Assembly: GCA_964016885.1 (NCBI GenBank)
Contig: CAXHJY010000406.1
Location: 3,726 to 67,725 of the forward strand
DNA from: Eledone cirrhosa
Taxonomy: Eukaryota
Reading direction: 5' to 3'
DNA length: 64,000 nt
The position numbers and the translations under genes were made by a program. Under the pieces are notes generated by a model. It worked only from the letters and a program-made list of their open reading frames with translations. It was not told the DNA's origin and did not search any database. Shown here in pieces: positions 42,043 through 64,000 of this stretch (position 1 is its first letter; each line of letters opens with the position of its first letter).

Positions 42043-42527
42043 TCATCATCATCACTGTTTTACATCCATTCTTCCACGCTAACATGGGTTAGATGGGTTG
42101 TCCTGTTGTGGGCAATGCCAGGTCAAGTGATCATGTCTCGTTCATATGGAACTGATTTTGGTTTGATTTCTACAGCTGGATGCCCTTCCTAACACCAACC
42201 TCATTTAGAGTGAGTGCTGGGTACTTTTTTACCGTGGTGCCGACACGACCACTTTACAGTATAGATTGGGTGATTTTTGCCGTGACACCTACACGATCAC
42301 TTTACAGTGGGACAGTTTGGGAGCATACTGTCTATATGCTTCAGCTTCGGCTTGTACCCATGGGAAGTCGGATCTTCTGTATTACTGCGTAACGCCAGAG
42401 GTCTCGGTCCTGGGTCATCGCCTTTGAGAGGTGCAATTCGGCAAGATCAGTTTTTATCACCTCATCCCAGGTCTTGGGTTGCCCCACCCAAGGCTTCAAT
42501 CGACTTTTAGTGCTATGCAGCTTTCGT

Positions 42528-42530
<3 letters not shown>
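42043..42530 (-). mobile_element. RTE LINE 3' end and UTR
   Basis: Similar to 26386-26880, with an (ATG)n tail. Confidence 0.8.
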
Positions 42531-42567
<37 letters not shown>

Positions 42568-42572
<5 letters not shown>

Positions 42573-42980
42573 TAAAATAACAGATTAAAGTTTAAGCAAA
42601 GAATCGCTGCTTTTACCCTTAACGGGATCTTCTGAAACTAACAAAGTCAATCTGTAAACGCAGAATTGGATATTTCAAAAAACGTTGCAACCGGAGGAAG
42701 ACAGGAAGATGATACTTTGGTTCGTGGAAACGTTCCCTGGCAAAGAGCGGGAAAAAAAACGAATATAATACGTCATTAATAGAAGCGGTGAAAAACAATT
42801 ACGCGCAAAGACAGAACCACGTTTATGGTATGAAAGAAGTCGTAGACTAATGTTCTCTTAGGTGGTTCGTACAGACGTTCTTTGCCGAGGAACGTTTCCA
42901 CGAACCAAAGTATCGTCTTCCTGTCTTCCTCCAGTTGCAACGTTTTTTGAAATATCCACTTCTGCGTTTACAGATTGACT
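42568..42980 (-). mobile_element. Repeat family A copy with an inverted partial duplication (42645-42745 and 42880-42980)
   Basis: Reverse complement of about 17390-17710, followed by a plus-orientation segment of about 100 bp. Confidence 0.75.
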
Positions 42981-43576
42981 GGCAATAGCAGGCAAAAACA
43001 AAAACACTACAGGGAGCCTCACCCCAGAAAGAATTCTATAGACTTCTGACTGAAGAATGCTCTCAGAACTGACCAATAGGAAGTTTGACACCTTTTTTTG
43101 TTATTTTGTTCCTTTAACACCTTGTCCCTTCTACCATTTTATCAATTTTTAAGCTAACTCCAACAATAACAACACTTAGAATGAGGAATGTTCTAATAAC
43201 TGACCAATGAGAGGAGAAGGGGACCTTTGATACTGAAATTCGTTTGTTTGAATTCATATGACTCCAGTTCCTCAGTGAATTAACAACCCAACAAGGAACT
43301 GGGCATATCAGAGTATTGACAATATTATACACCTAAACAACATATGTACTTGTCTATACCATACTAATTCAAACTGCCTGAAGAGGTCACAGCCAAAGAT
43401 GGCTGTCACTGAAATATATATAGCAGTAATAAACGAAGCTAAATTTTAATCATTTGACTTTTATTTAACTTTATTTTACACTACTCCGGAGTAACCAAAC
43501 CAACCTGCGCACTTCGTCGAGCGCTCCAGCCTGCATACTGAGGTGTTGGTATACAACCAACATAAACTCAAAATCT
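42981..43576 (+). mobile_element. Longer copy of the H1 hammerhead repeat family (ribozyme at 43373-43427); left boundary uncertain
   Basis: 43331-43576 matches 1957-2202; stem II here has the better-paired TGGCTGTCAC. Confidence 0.75.
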
Positions 43577-43582
43577 ATATAC

Positions 43583-43613
<31 letters not shown>

Positions 43614-44220
43614 CATACACATATACATACATATACATATATATACATATACATATACATACATATACATATATATAGATATATATACATACATATACAT
43701 ATATATACATATACATACATATACATATATATACATATACATATATATACATATACATATATATACATATACATATATATACATATACATATATATACAT
43801 ATACATATATATACATATACATATATATACATATACATATATATACATATACATATATATACATACACATATATATACATACACATATATACACATATAT
43901 ATACATACACATATATATACATACACATATATACCTACACATATACATATATATACATATACATACATATATATACATATATATACATATACATACATAT
44001 ACATATATATATATACATATATATAGACATATACATATATAGACATATACATATATAGACATATACATATATAGACATATACATATATAGACATATACAT
44101 ATATATAGACATAGACATATACATATATAGACATATACATATATAGACATATACATATATAGACATATACATATATAGACATATACATATACACATATAT
44201 ACATATATATAGACATATAC

Positions 44221-44255
<35 letters not shown>

Positions 44256-44264
44256 GTCATATAC

Positions 44265-44295
<31 letters not shown>

Positions 44296-44305
44296 CATAT
44301 ATATC
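43577..44305. repeat. (TA/TACA)n microsatellite
   Basis: Direct reading. Confidence 0.95.
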
Positions 44306-45194
44306 CGGTGGAGACATCGGTCAAAAAAATTTTCAAATCGACCCACGCCAAGTGCAAAAATCAAATTTGTAATGTATTGATTCTTCAGTTCAAATGTATA
44401 AATAGAGATGAGAGACGAGTTATTTCCCTTTTATGGCGTCATTTGCTTATCTATTTATGTGACGAATAAACTACGCGTGCAAAAATACGCGAACAGTTTT
44501 CGGGCCTGCAAAATTCATGAGTTCGAAGTTTCAACATTAAGCTTCCATGTTGCTTCATTTCCATTAAAAAGTCTTTTAAAACAATATTTCAGCGCATCAC
44601 CGTCGCCATCACCCGAGGCAACGCTGCGAGTGTGCTGGCTTGCCTCAAAATTAGAGGTTGCCCAGTACTCACGACGTTGCTGACTTTTGCTCTGGTGTTG
44701 GCTCCGTTGTTCACCCCTTCTTTACATTTTCTTTAATATTGTAGTTTATGTATATATTTAAAATATATGTTATGTTATTCTACTGTAAATTTATTTATAT
44801 GCTCTGTTTATACCCTCAAAAATCTATGAAACTATATAGATGTTGCAACTCTCTCTCTATATATATATCACACACACACACATATTCATATATATCTAAA
44901 GAGAGAAAGAGGGAGATGTAGAGAGAGAGTGAGATAGGTCGTTATTCAGAGAGAGGTACAAGATAATCAGATGGAGAGACAGAGAGAGAGAGAGAGAGAA
45001 TGGCGACGAACGCTGGTTCACACACACACAAACACATACATATAAAGACAGAGAGAGAGATCTACGCGTTCTTTATTGTTCTCCATTCTGCAGGAGGAAG
45101 AGAGAGAGAGGGGGTATGAGTGAGTGAGAGAGAGAAAGAGAGAGAGAGGGTTTGAGAAAAAAGGGAGAGGGGTTGAGAAAGAAAGAAAGTTTAT

Positions 45195-45460
45195 GCAAAG
45201 AATCGCTGCTTTCAACATTAACGGGATCTTCTGAAACTAAAAAATTCTATCTGTGAACGCAGAATTAAATATTTTGAGAAACGTTGCAACCGAAGGAAAT
45301 CAGGAAGACGATATTTTGGTTCGTGAAGACGTTCCCTGGTAATGAATGGAAAAAAAGCAAGGATAATACGTCGTTATGTGGACCGAGAAGAACAATTTCA
45401 TGCAAAGACAAGACCAAGTTTATGGTGTAAATGGAGTCATTAGACTAATATTCTCTTTAA
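45195..45460 (-). mobile_element. Older copy of repeat family A
   Basis: AAAGAATCGCTGCTTTCA...AACGTTGCAACCG shared with 42598-42860. Confidence 0.7.
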
Positions 45461-45544
45461 AATAACCGAATGATTTCCAGCCTCGGAGTTTAAGAATGAT
45501 GTAAATAAATTTGTAAACGAAAATGACAGGTGATTAAAATAGTT

Positions 45545-45652
45545 GTTTCTACTTTTGGCACAAGGCCAGCAATTACCCAGTACATTACTGGTACTTTATT
45601 TTATTGACTCCGTATGGATGAAAGGCAAAGTTAACCTCGACGGGATTTTAAC
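45545..45652 (-). mobile_element. SINE fragment resembling the abundant octopus SINE body
   Basis: GGCACAAGGCC...CCCAGTAC...ACTGGTACT...GGATGAAAGGCAAAGTTAACCTCG; recognised from memory. Confidence 0.6.
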
Positions 45653-45769
45653 TTTGCCTTAAAATAGTAAAAGTAAATAGTGAAGATTTAGGCCAGTACA
45701 TACATATGCGCCGACGAACATACACATATATATACATACGCACACACAAATACATACACACACACACAC

Positions 45770-46217
45770 GTGCGCGTGAGTGTTAGTAAACCTCATGCAT
45801 TTCTACAATATTTTCACCAAACTTAAGACATAGGTTACTTATGTACTCCAGATGGTCATGGGCACTTTCATTTTTCCAGATATTGATTATAGGGCCTCCC
45901 GGCAGATAACCCCTTTAACCACTTCCTTGGAGTCGACTGAAGCACTGCAGTGCAATGAAACAAAACGTCATAACTTCTGGAGTTCGCAACCGATTTTCAC
46001 AAAACTTGACACATGGGCTACGTTTGTCCTACAGATGAATGTGAACTCTCAGAATTAGCACATATTGAGTAGGGGACCCCTGGGGGCAGGAACCCCTTTT
46101 TGGAAAAAGCCGATGATTTTGTAAAAGTATAGTTTTCGAAGCAGCACTGAAGTATTGACAAAAATGGTATACATAACTGCTATTTAATACCCGAGCAACG
46201 CCAGGTACCTCTGCTAC
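45770..46217 (+). mobile_element. Non-autonomous Helitron-like element
   Basis: 3' imperfect hairpin TACCCGAGCAACGCCAGGTA at 46188-46207 just upstream of CTAC (a CTAG-like end); duplicated internal TTTTCAC(C/A)AAACTT motif. Confidence 0.6.
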
Positions 46218-46226
46218 TACATTATA

Positions 46227-46575
46227 AAGAAACAGAGTTAAGCCTCTTACAAGCGAGATATTAATACCTCCTCCGCCATTTGTGGTATTTTTCTCTTGGT
46301 TGTAAGAGGCTTAACTCTGTTTCTTGACCGGTGTATCACTGGATAAGTTCCCCCTCCGCCTTTCCGGGATTCTCTCTCACGCCTTGCGGACATGTTTTGA
46401 AACTTTAATGAGGTATTCTCTTGATAAGTTGGCAAGCCTCACAAAAATACTGCATCTCTATGATGTAATGTTTTTGCATAGTAGCCAGGAAACTGCGCAG
46501 TCGAGGATGTTGAAGAATATTGGGTATATATATATTTTTTTATTTATGTCTAATGTTTCTTCTTTCTTTATAATG

Positions 46576-46578
<3 letters not shown>
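46227..46578 (+). mobile_element. PLE-like terminal remnant with a 5' hairpin (46227-46252 and 46300-46325) and a hammerhead
   Basis: 26-bp perfect inverted repeat, hammerhead at 46413-46510, ends in (TA)n. Confidence 0.55.
46413..46510 (+). ncRNA. Type I hammerhead ribozyme with U3-A8 core (family H7)
   Basis: GTATTCTC-TTGATAA-G-TTGGC...CAAAAATACTGCATC/GATGTAATGTTTTTG...GCCAG-GAAA-CTGCGCAG-TC-GAGGATGT; cut after 46502. Confidence 0.7.
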
Positions 46579-46612
<34 letters not shown>

Positions 46613-46960
46613 GTGACATTTTCTCTTTAAATGTATTATTCCCTGTATTTTAAAAATACAAACCACAACGAATCTTTACACAATTTAAATTAAAACTAAA
46701 TAAATAAAATAAAGATTTTTTTCTCTTGGAAGCAAATGGCTAAATAAGTAATTGGTGTGGGAGGTAGAAAAGTAAGTCAGTGTCAGTTTTAGAGGGAAAA
46801 TGGACATTGTTATAAAACTGACCTACTTCGCTTACAGTTATATATAGCATGAAAATAGAACTATGGTGATGGTGATTATAAACTTGTTTTAAAACTGATT
46901 ATTAGCATATTATAGAAATTATGTATGGACCTTAACTCCTGGTGGAAAGGTAAGGACGCC

Positions 46961-47019
<59 letters not shown>

Positions 47020-47171
47020 AGAAATAGCTTCTACAGGACTAGAACTGTTTCATTCGAAGGAAATCATCAGGAAAGCCCCTGAAGATGTATATCTGTGTGT
47101 GTGTATATATATATATACATACATATACATACCCATATATATACATATATATATACATATATATATACATA

Positions 47172-47298
47172 TACTGGATTTGTAAACACCTCATCAATGG
47201 TCCGTAGATGTCCTCCTCCTGTGTTTTTCTGACAACGTTTACATCATGTGGGCATGTGATCTCCACAACAGAACACGTTTTCAATGTGTGGTCCCCAA
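47172..47298 (-). mobile_element. Fragment of a restriction-like-endonuclease LINE (R4/Dong-like)
   Basis: KTCSVVEITCPHDVNVVRKTQE-EDIYGPL resembles the E-x2-CP...K-x3-Y part of the RLE domain. Confidence 0.55.
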
Positions 47299-47320
47299 CA
47301 TATATATATATATATATATG

Positions 47321-47660
47321 TCATCATCATCATTTCATTTTACGTCTGCTTTTTCCCTGCTTGCAAGGGTGGGACGGGAACTGTTTATGGCTTGATTTCT
47401 ACAGCTGGATGCCCTTCCTAACACCAACCTCATTTACAGTGAGTGCTGGGTGATTTTTTTTGCCGTGGCACCTCCACGACCACTTTGCAGTGGAATGATA
47501 GGGACCCAGTCCCTATCATCTCATTTCTACAGCTGAGTAAACTGGAGCAATGTGAAATAAAGTGTCTTGCTCAAGGAAACAACACATCATCCGGTCTGAG
47601 AATTGAACTCACGACCTTTCGATTGCAAGGCCAATGCTCTAACCACTAAGCCATGTGCCT
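47321..47660 (-). mobile_element. tRNA-derived CORE-like SINE with an RTE-derived 3' tail
   Basis: A box TGGCTTAGTGG (47643-47653), B box GAGTTCAATTC (47600-47610), CORE-like CCTTGAGCAAGACACTT, tail matching the RTE 3' UTR with (ATG)n. Confidence 0.75.
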
Positions 47661-47667
47661 TCATATG

Positions 47668-47705
<38 letters not shown>

Positions 47706-47727
47706 TATATATATATATGTGTATATA

Positions 47728-48318
47728 TCTATCTATCTATCTAAGGCGGGTAAAATTCCCGAGATCCATGGACGAGTTCTCTCCAGCGGTCTCTGTCCCT
47801 CATTATCGCTGCCATGTCCTGCGTCTCCAATAGACCAGTGTCTGTCCTTAGGGCATCAACATACGTTAATCTTGGTCTTCCTCTTCTAGTGTGTCCATGT
47901 AGGGGCACCCAAAGGAGCACTGAGTGCAATGTCAACTCTGGATGTCGGTGAGCATGTCCATCTAACCTCAGTCTCCTGTGTGTCACTTTTGAGCTGACTT
48001 TTGGGATGCTCCCATACAGCTCTGAGTTTTTCATCCTCAGTGTATACTGATTAATGTTCAGAGCCATCCTCAGCATTCTCGTGTAGCACCCATCCACCAT
48101 CTGAGTGAGTTTCTTGGTCAGTGTCCAAGTCTCAGACCCATACAGCAGCACAGACTCCACTACAGCAATGAAGAGGCGGATTTTCAGGTCTCTACGAAGG
48201 TCCGACTTCCACACCGATCTCAAGCTGTGACACGCCGCCCAGGCCTTGCTCTTCCTCTCAACCACATCATCTTCCGTATTTCCAATCTTTGCTCCCAAAT
48301 ACAGGAAGCCCCCAACCA
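47728..48318 (-). mobile_element. 3' fragment of the second RTE-like family, collinear, with a (TAGA)n tail
   Basis: FLYLG...[11 protein letters not shown]...RRGRPRLTY...EFYPP, then stop, then TAGA repeats. Confidence 0.9.
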
Positions 48319-48319
48319 A

Positions 48320-53067
<4,748 letters not shown>

Positions 53068-53143
53068 ATCTCTTTTACTCTTTTACCTGTTTCAGCTATC
53101 CGGCTGAGGCCATGCTGGGGCACCGCCCTTGTTGCTACACATT

Positions 53144-56100
53144 TTATCTCCAGCCTGTATAGGTTGGCCACTGGTGTAGGAGGGAGTTTGTTGCTGCTGC
53201 CCTTAGGTTTCCCTCGTGTCTTGCTGTGGGCTCATCCGCGATCCTGGATAACAAGGTGTCGAGATGTTTCTTAAAGACATCCACCTCCACGTCATGCAAG
53301 TCTCGCAGATGCCTCGGCAGCCTGTTGAAGAGTTGAGGGTCCTTGAATCCCAGGCTATTGCAATACCTGCTCCTTATTCTAGATGTGGAAGACGGGACCT
53401 TTGGCACCACACAGTGACGTCCTGTTCGACGGTTGGTCCAGCTCCCAATGCCAAAGTTTGGTGCTAGTCCCTCCAGGATTTTCCACATGTAGATCACTGC
53501 GTATCTCTCCCGTCTTCGCTCCAAGGAGTAGAGGTTCAGTTCCTTCAGCCTCTCCCAGTAGCTTGTCTCCCTCATCTTGGCAATCCTCTTGGTGTAGCTT
53601 CGCTGGATTGCCTCAAGCTCTGTGGTTAGTTTGACACTATGGGGTGACCACAGCTGGGAGCAGTAGTCCAGGCGGCTTAGGACAAAAGTCCTCCACAGTG
53701 TCAACATGGTGTCTCGATCTCTTGTAAGGAAAGTCCTCAAGATCCAGCCAGCGAATCGTCTACATGCTGTCGCCACCTTCATGATATGTGAAGAAAAAGA
53801 TGCATCATCGCTCATGTCTATGCCCAGGTCTCGTATCGATTTTGACACGGGGATATCGGTCCCTCCTGGTCCTGTGTAGCTGTGTTCCGCTATATTTGTG
53901 TTTGTGTTTGCAGGTTTGTATTGTAGGGCTTGGAATTTGCCAGCATTAAACTGCATGTTGTTTTCTTCCGCCCATCTGTATATGGCATCCAGATCCTGCT
54001 GTAAGAGGGCAGCGTCAGCCGGGTTTTTGATTGCCTGTGCTACCTTAGTGTCATCAGCATAGCTAGTGAGGGATGTTGTTGCATGCACCACAGAGGGCAT
54101 GTCCGAGAGAGCCACCAAAAACAGTAGTGGTCCCACGACTGTCCCCTGAGGCACCCCACTTGTTATCGGTGTTTCCCTCGAGAGGGCCCCATTTGCTGCG
54201 ACTGCCTGGCTTCTGTCCCTCAGGAAGCCATGCAGCCACTCACCTACTTTTCCAGTTATGCCGAGTCCGTGTAGTTTGTGACATATCATTCCGTGGTCGA
54301 CCTTGTCAAAGGCCTTCGCAAAGTCAAGATATATCACGTCTACATGTGAGCTGTCTAGTAGCTGTCTCAGTACCCAGTCGTAGTGATGTAGCAGCTGTGT
54401 AAGGCAGCTTCTTCCTGGGCGGAAGCCATGTTGCGTGCTAGTCAGGCGGTCATTTTCTTCGAGGAAAGTGATTAGTTTCTTTCTGACGACTCGCTCCATG
54501 ACCTTACTGATATGCGACGTCAGGGAGACTGGCCTATAGTTCTTGGCCTCCGCTCTACTACCTCCTTTATGGATAGGGCATATTGTGCCTTCTTTCAGCT
54601 CCCTGGGTAGTACACCACTAGCCAAGGAGCTTCTGAAGAGCATCTTCAGTGGAGTTGCTAAGGCCCGCTTACATATTTTTAGGAGAACTGCTGGGAATCC
54701 ATCAGGTCCAGCAGCCGAGTCTGTTCTAATTTCATCAATGGCGTACACCACATCCTCCTCCGTTATGTCTATGTGGTTGATGGTTGCCATTTCTTGATGT
54801 AGTGTTGTGGCATCAAAGAACTCCTCTGGCTTCGTTATTTGCATGTGCCTCAGTGGACATGTGAAGACACTCTTGTACTGTTCGTTCAGTATTTCACATA
54901 TCTCTTGGGGATTTTCGGTTAATGAACCGTCCGTGTGGAAGAGTGGTCCAATCTTGCAGTGTACTGAGGCAGTTTCTTTTGCAAATTTAAAGAAGGCCTT
55001 AGGGTTTGTTTTAATGTTTTCTATGGCCCTGTTCTCTTTCCTTGCCCTCTCATTCTCATGTGAAAGCTTGAGTGCAATCTCGGTGTCAAGTAGTGCACGT
55101 TTCAAATAGGATTCCTTCTTGTTTTGGTTTTGTTGACTATTCAACTGGTTTGAGAGTTTAGTTCTACGTCTCATAAGGATTTTCCTATCTCTGGGAATAA
55201 GATTTTTGTGTCTGTTTGCCTCTTTCTCCGGGACACACTTTTTGCATATGGTGTGTATCGTTGTCATGAAGTGTTGAAATTGTGTGTTAGTGTCTTGTGT
55301 GGCGATGTTTGCACTCCATGTTTGCTTCCGGATTTCACTCTTAATCTTCTTCCAGTCAGCCCCGTAGAAGTTAAGGCTGGATAGCGTCCCGGAGCTTCTT
55401 GGTTGTTTTGTCTCTGTTGGTTCTCTTGGACCACATATCATTAGCTCTACCAAGTTATGATCCGAGAGAATTGTTGGTGTCACCTTTACATTGTGGATGA
55501 GCACTTCGTTGTTTGTAAAACAGAGGTCCAGGACATTTTCGCCTCTTGTTGGGAGGAGTATTGCTTGCTCCATGAACAGCCTGTGTGTGAGGGCCAGCAG
55601 GGATTCCGTCTGTCTCTGTTCTATTGACGTCATTCCAGGGAGGAGGTGGCCCTCAGGCCATTTGACCTTTGGTAGGTTGAAGTCTCCCAGCAGTAGGATG
55701 TTGAGACCCTGGTCCAGTTTGTCAAGGACCTCTTCTATCCTACTTAGGCTATCCTCAAATTTACCCTCATGACTGGGGGCATCGGGCGGCCGATATGTGA
55801 CACATATTACCGTCTGTAGTTGCTTCATATGTATTATCAGTGTGTCACAGACTGAGTTTGAATGTGTCAACAGAACAATTGGTGTGACATCTTCACGGAT
55901 ATACAGAGCAACCCCACCATGAGTTCTCTCCTTCCTGTCCGAACGAAATACAGTATATTTCGGTATATGTATTTCTGCATCTGCTATACTGCTTGTCAGG
56001 TGCGTTTCGGTTAGTGCCATGCATAGTGCTTGATTGCTTATGGCTAAGTCTCCCAGGTAGGAAATTTTACTCATGTTGCTGAGTTTCACCAGGCCCCTGA

Positions 56101-56185
56101 CATTCAGCAGCAGCACTGGTGTGACTTTTGGGGTGCCAGTAATGGCTGTCGGTATGACACCTGGTCTGGTGTCAGCAGCGGCCAC
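53144..56185 (-). CDS. ORF2: apurinic-like endonuclease plus reverse transcriptase (1013 aa; start codon uncertain)
   Basis: APE motifs LNVRGL, LTETHL, YRPP, GDFN, LDL and SDH; RT motifs YRPVSL, QHGF, DFAKAFD, GVPQG and YADD. Confidence 0.95.
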   Translation of the reverse strand: MAAADTRPGVIPTAITGTPKVTPVLLLNVRGLVKLSNMSKISYLGDLAISNQALCMALTETHLTSSIADAEIHIPKYTVFRSDRKERTHGGVALYIREDVTPIVLLTHSNSVCDTLIIHMKQLQTVICVTYRPPDAPSHEGKFEDSLSRIEEVLDKLDQGLNILLLGDFNLPKVKWPEGHLLPGMTSIEQRQTESLLALTHRLFMEQAILLPTRGENVLDLCFTNNEVLIHNVKVTPTILSDHNLVELMICGPREPTETKQPRSSGTLSSLNFYGADWKKIKSEIRKQTWSANIATQDTNTQFQHFMTTIHTICKKCVPEKEANRHKNLIPRDRKILMRRRTKLSNQLNSQQNQNKKESYLKRALLDTEIALKLSHENERARKENRAIENIKTNPKAFFKFAKETASVHCKIGPLFHTDGSLTENPQEICEILNEQYKSVFTCPLRHMQITKPEEFFDATTLHQEMATINHIDITEEDVVYAIDEIRTDSAAGPDGFPAVLLKICKRALATPLKMLFRSSLASGVLPRELKEGTICPIHKGGSRAEAKNYRPVSLTSHISKVMERVVRKKLITFLEENDRLTSTQHGFRPGRSCLTQLLHHYDWVLRQLLDSSHVDVIYLDFAKAFDKVDHGMICHKLHGLGITGKVGEWLHGFLRDRSQAVAANGALSRETPITSGVPQGTVVGPLLFLVALSDMPSVVHATTSLTSYADDTKVAQAIKNPADAALLQQDLDAIYRWAEENNMQFNAGKFQALQYKPANTNTNIAEHSYTGPGGTDIPVSKSIRDLGIDMSDDASFSSHIMKVATACRRFAGWILRTFLTRDRDTMLTLWRTFVLSRLDYCSQLWSPHSVKLTTELEAIQRSYTKRIAKMRETSYWERLKELNLYSLERRRERYAVIYMWKILEGLAPNFGIGSWTNRRTGRHCVVPKVPSSTSRIRSRYCNSLGFKDPQLFNRLPRHLRDLHDVEVDVFKKHLDTLLSRIADEPTARHEGNLRAAATNSLLHQWPTYTGWR

Positions 56186-57060
56186 TCTGGGTCCCTTAAC
56201 TGCGGTGGTCTCGAGTGCTGGTGTGGATGACCCTGGCTCTGGAGACGATGCAGCCAGGTCAGCTGTCCCACAATCTTCTCTGCCATCACTAAAAAATTTT
56301 TCTGATCTGCTGCTGCCATCTGTATCTCGTCGGCATGTGCGTGCCTTCTCCTTGCTGGTGCAGCACGCGCGACATCAGCATACTTCTGGAGCGGCTTATT
56401 TCGGCTTTGGCATGTTGCGCGAGTATGATGGGCATAGTTCGTTTGAGACCTAGGGTGGGCGAATCTGCATCCCATCCCTGTCTCTCCATACCAGCATGTC
56501 CCGTTCTTGAAAAACTTGCACATTACTTGGTGTTTTTTGCTCCCAGTGTCTCGGTGCTTTCTGTTCTTTCTTTGAACAGTTGTCCACTGGTCCCTCTGCG
56601 CTTGGTTCTCCTTCGGAAGGTGATTTCGCTTTTCACCTTTGCCCTTAGCTTGTTGGTTGCCCGGCCTGCCTTCCCTGCCTGTAGCGGAGGGTATATCAGT
56701 TTCTTTCAGGTCCGTGCTTGTGCTCTCCTCCTTTTCTTTTTCCCTTTCCTTTTCCTCTTCCTTTTCCCTCTCCTTCTCCTCATCCCTCCCTTCGGTTTTC
56801 TCCTCCCTGAGGACACGGCTTAGCATCGCCATATGAGGCGCTATGAGGACATACGCCTTCTCAATTTCTTTTCTCTTTCTCTCTATCTGTACCAGGGTCC
56901 TCATAAACCCATGGCTCTTCAGGTTCTCCGCCATCTTTTTGCTTGGTGGAGACCCATCAGCCATAGTCCACCCCTTGATCAAAACCGCTAGTTCAATCTT
57001 CGACCAGTTTCGCTGACTCCTGATTTCACATTTTTCCCATTTTTCCTGCATGCAGTCCAT
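56104..57060 (-). CDS. ORF1 (318 aa): Myb/SANT-like N-terminus, charged region and CCCH zinc finger
   Basis: ATG-started ORF directly upstream of and overlapping ORF2; contains CKFFKNGTCWYGETGMGCRFAH; its 3' part is conserved in the copy at 9829. Confidence 0.8.
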   Translation of the reverse strand: MDCMQEKWEKCEIRSQRNWSKIELAVLIKGWTMADGSPPSKKMAENLKSHGFMRTLVQIERKRKEIEKAYVLIAPHMAMLSRVLREEKTEGRDEEKEREKEEEKEREKEKEESTSTDLKETDIPSATGREGRPGNQQAKGKGEKRNHLPKENQAQRDQWTTVQRKNRKHRDTGSKKHQVMCKFFKNGTCWYGETGMGCRFAHPRSQTNYAHHTRATCQSRNKPLQKYADVARAAPARRRHAHADEIQMAAADQKNFLVMAEKIVGQLTWLHRLQSQGHPHQHSRPPQLRDPEWPLLTPDQVSYRQPLLAPQKSHQCCC

Positions 57061-57943
57061 TTCGCTGTGGAGAGGAGAAAGAGGGACAGTGGGAGGTGTA
57101 GAGTAGAGGTTAGAGAGGGACAGAGTGAGGGAGGGAGATAGAGATATAACTCCAGCGAGAGAAAAAGAGAAACAGAAGAAAAGAAAAGAAAAGGGGGAGA
57201 CAGAAGAGGGGAGCGAGAGAGATAGCGGGAAGAGTGGGGGGGGTCAGAGGGAGAGAGAGAAGATAGATAGAGAGAGAGAGAGAGAGAGAGCTCGTTGATC
57301 TAGAGAGAGGGAGAAAGAGAGCTCGTTGATCGAGAGAGAGAGAGGGGGAGAGAGAGAGAGAGAGAGAGAGGAAGGAGAGAGATAGTGAGAGCGTGAGCAA
57401 CTGCAGTTCATAAATATAAAAATAAATTTTTAAATCTAAATTTAAATTAATGAATGGGAGAAACCGGAAACAGAGATATAGAAACACGATGTAAATGTCT
57501 GTTTACAAATATACGGAGTTATTGTAATATCAGCATATCATACAAGAAACGACGAAATCGGGTCAAATACAGATAAGATTATACAAAATCAAACAAGATT
57601 ATATCAAATTAAATTATGTTACTCAGAAATATCAAAATTAATACAAAATTGCTTAAGCTAAACCAAAATGCTCTGTATGAAACAAAAATAGAAAGCACGT
57701 GTGTGTGTTGTCTCCCATGAATGAATCATACAGTGAAAATAAACATGTTCAAAACGGTAATATATGTAAAATATACTTCAAAATAATTGCGTCAAGGCAC
57801 AAAAACTTATCTTTTTTGTATGTTTTCCTTGTCCTCTGAAGAATTAAAACCATACATAAATCCGATTACTGTCGATTTAAAATATTAAAATTTCAAATCC
57901 GGAGAGACGACAATCCACGTCTTATACCAACAAGTGCCAAGCC

Positions 57944-64000
<6,057 letters not shown>

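Larger units (their letters stand above)
53068..57400 (-). mobile_element. Apparently full-length, intact CR1-type non-LTR retrotransposon; 5' boundary uncertain (57400-57940)
   Basis: Two open ORFs, a CT-rich 5' UTR and a 3' tail GTAAAAGAGTAAAAGAG abutting (TA)n. Confidence 0.9.

Noticed and set aside
47035-47078. Minus-strand CTGATGA-TTTCCTTCGAAT-GAAAC motif
   Set aside because: The core is present but stems I and III cannot be paired convincingly; a possible relic, not counted.
47590-47660. tRNA gene
   Set aside because: A and B boxes are present but there is no proper acceptor stem, and it continues into SINE body sequence.
57834-57870. CTGAAGA near the LINE 5' region, and similar words at 31729, 43049 and 44382
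   Set aside because: No hairpin followed by GAAA and UH; chance occurrences.

Overview
Animal genomic DNA with no recognisable host gene. An octopus or other cephalopod origin is inferred from the SINE families and the extreme (TA)n content, and is not verified. About half the window is imperfect (TA)n/(TACA)n microsatellite, and the very long Ile/Tyr 'ORFs' are artefacts of it. The islands between the arrays are almost all transposable elements: RTE-clade LINEs, CR1-type LINEs (one apparently intact at 53068-57400), several Penelope-like element (PLE) families, an L1/Tx1-like fragment, an RLE-type LINE fragment, SINEs and a Helitron-like element. Four signals stand out. (1) Thirteen minimal type I hammerhead ribozyme folds from seven sequence families sit in PLE-like terminal repeats. 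All have a self-complementary stem III, and they include two unrelated U3-A8 core variants, one C4-variant family and one very long stem II. (2) The CR1-type ORF1 appears to combine a Myb/SANT (trihelix)-like domain with a CCCH finger. (3) A PHD-type C4HC3 finger lies inside the RT domain of the RTE elements. (4) Fold-back and inverted duplications recur at insertions into the self-complementary (TA)n tracts. All folds and domain calls were made by eye and need Rfam/Pfam and biochemical confirmation.
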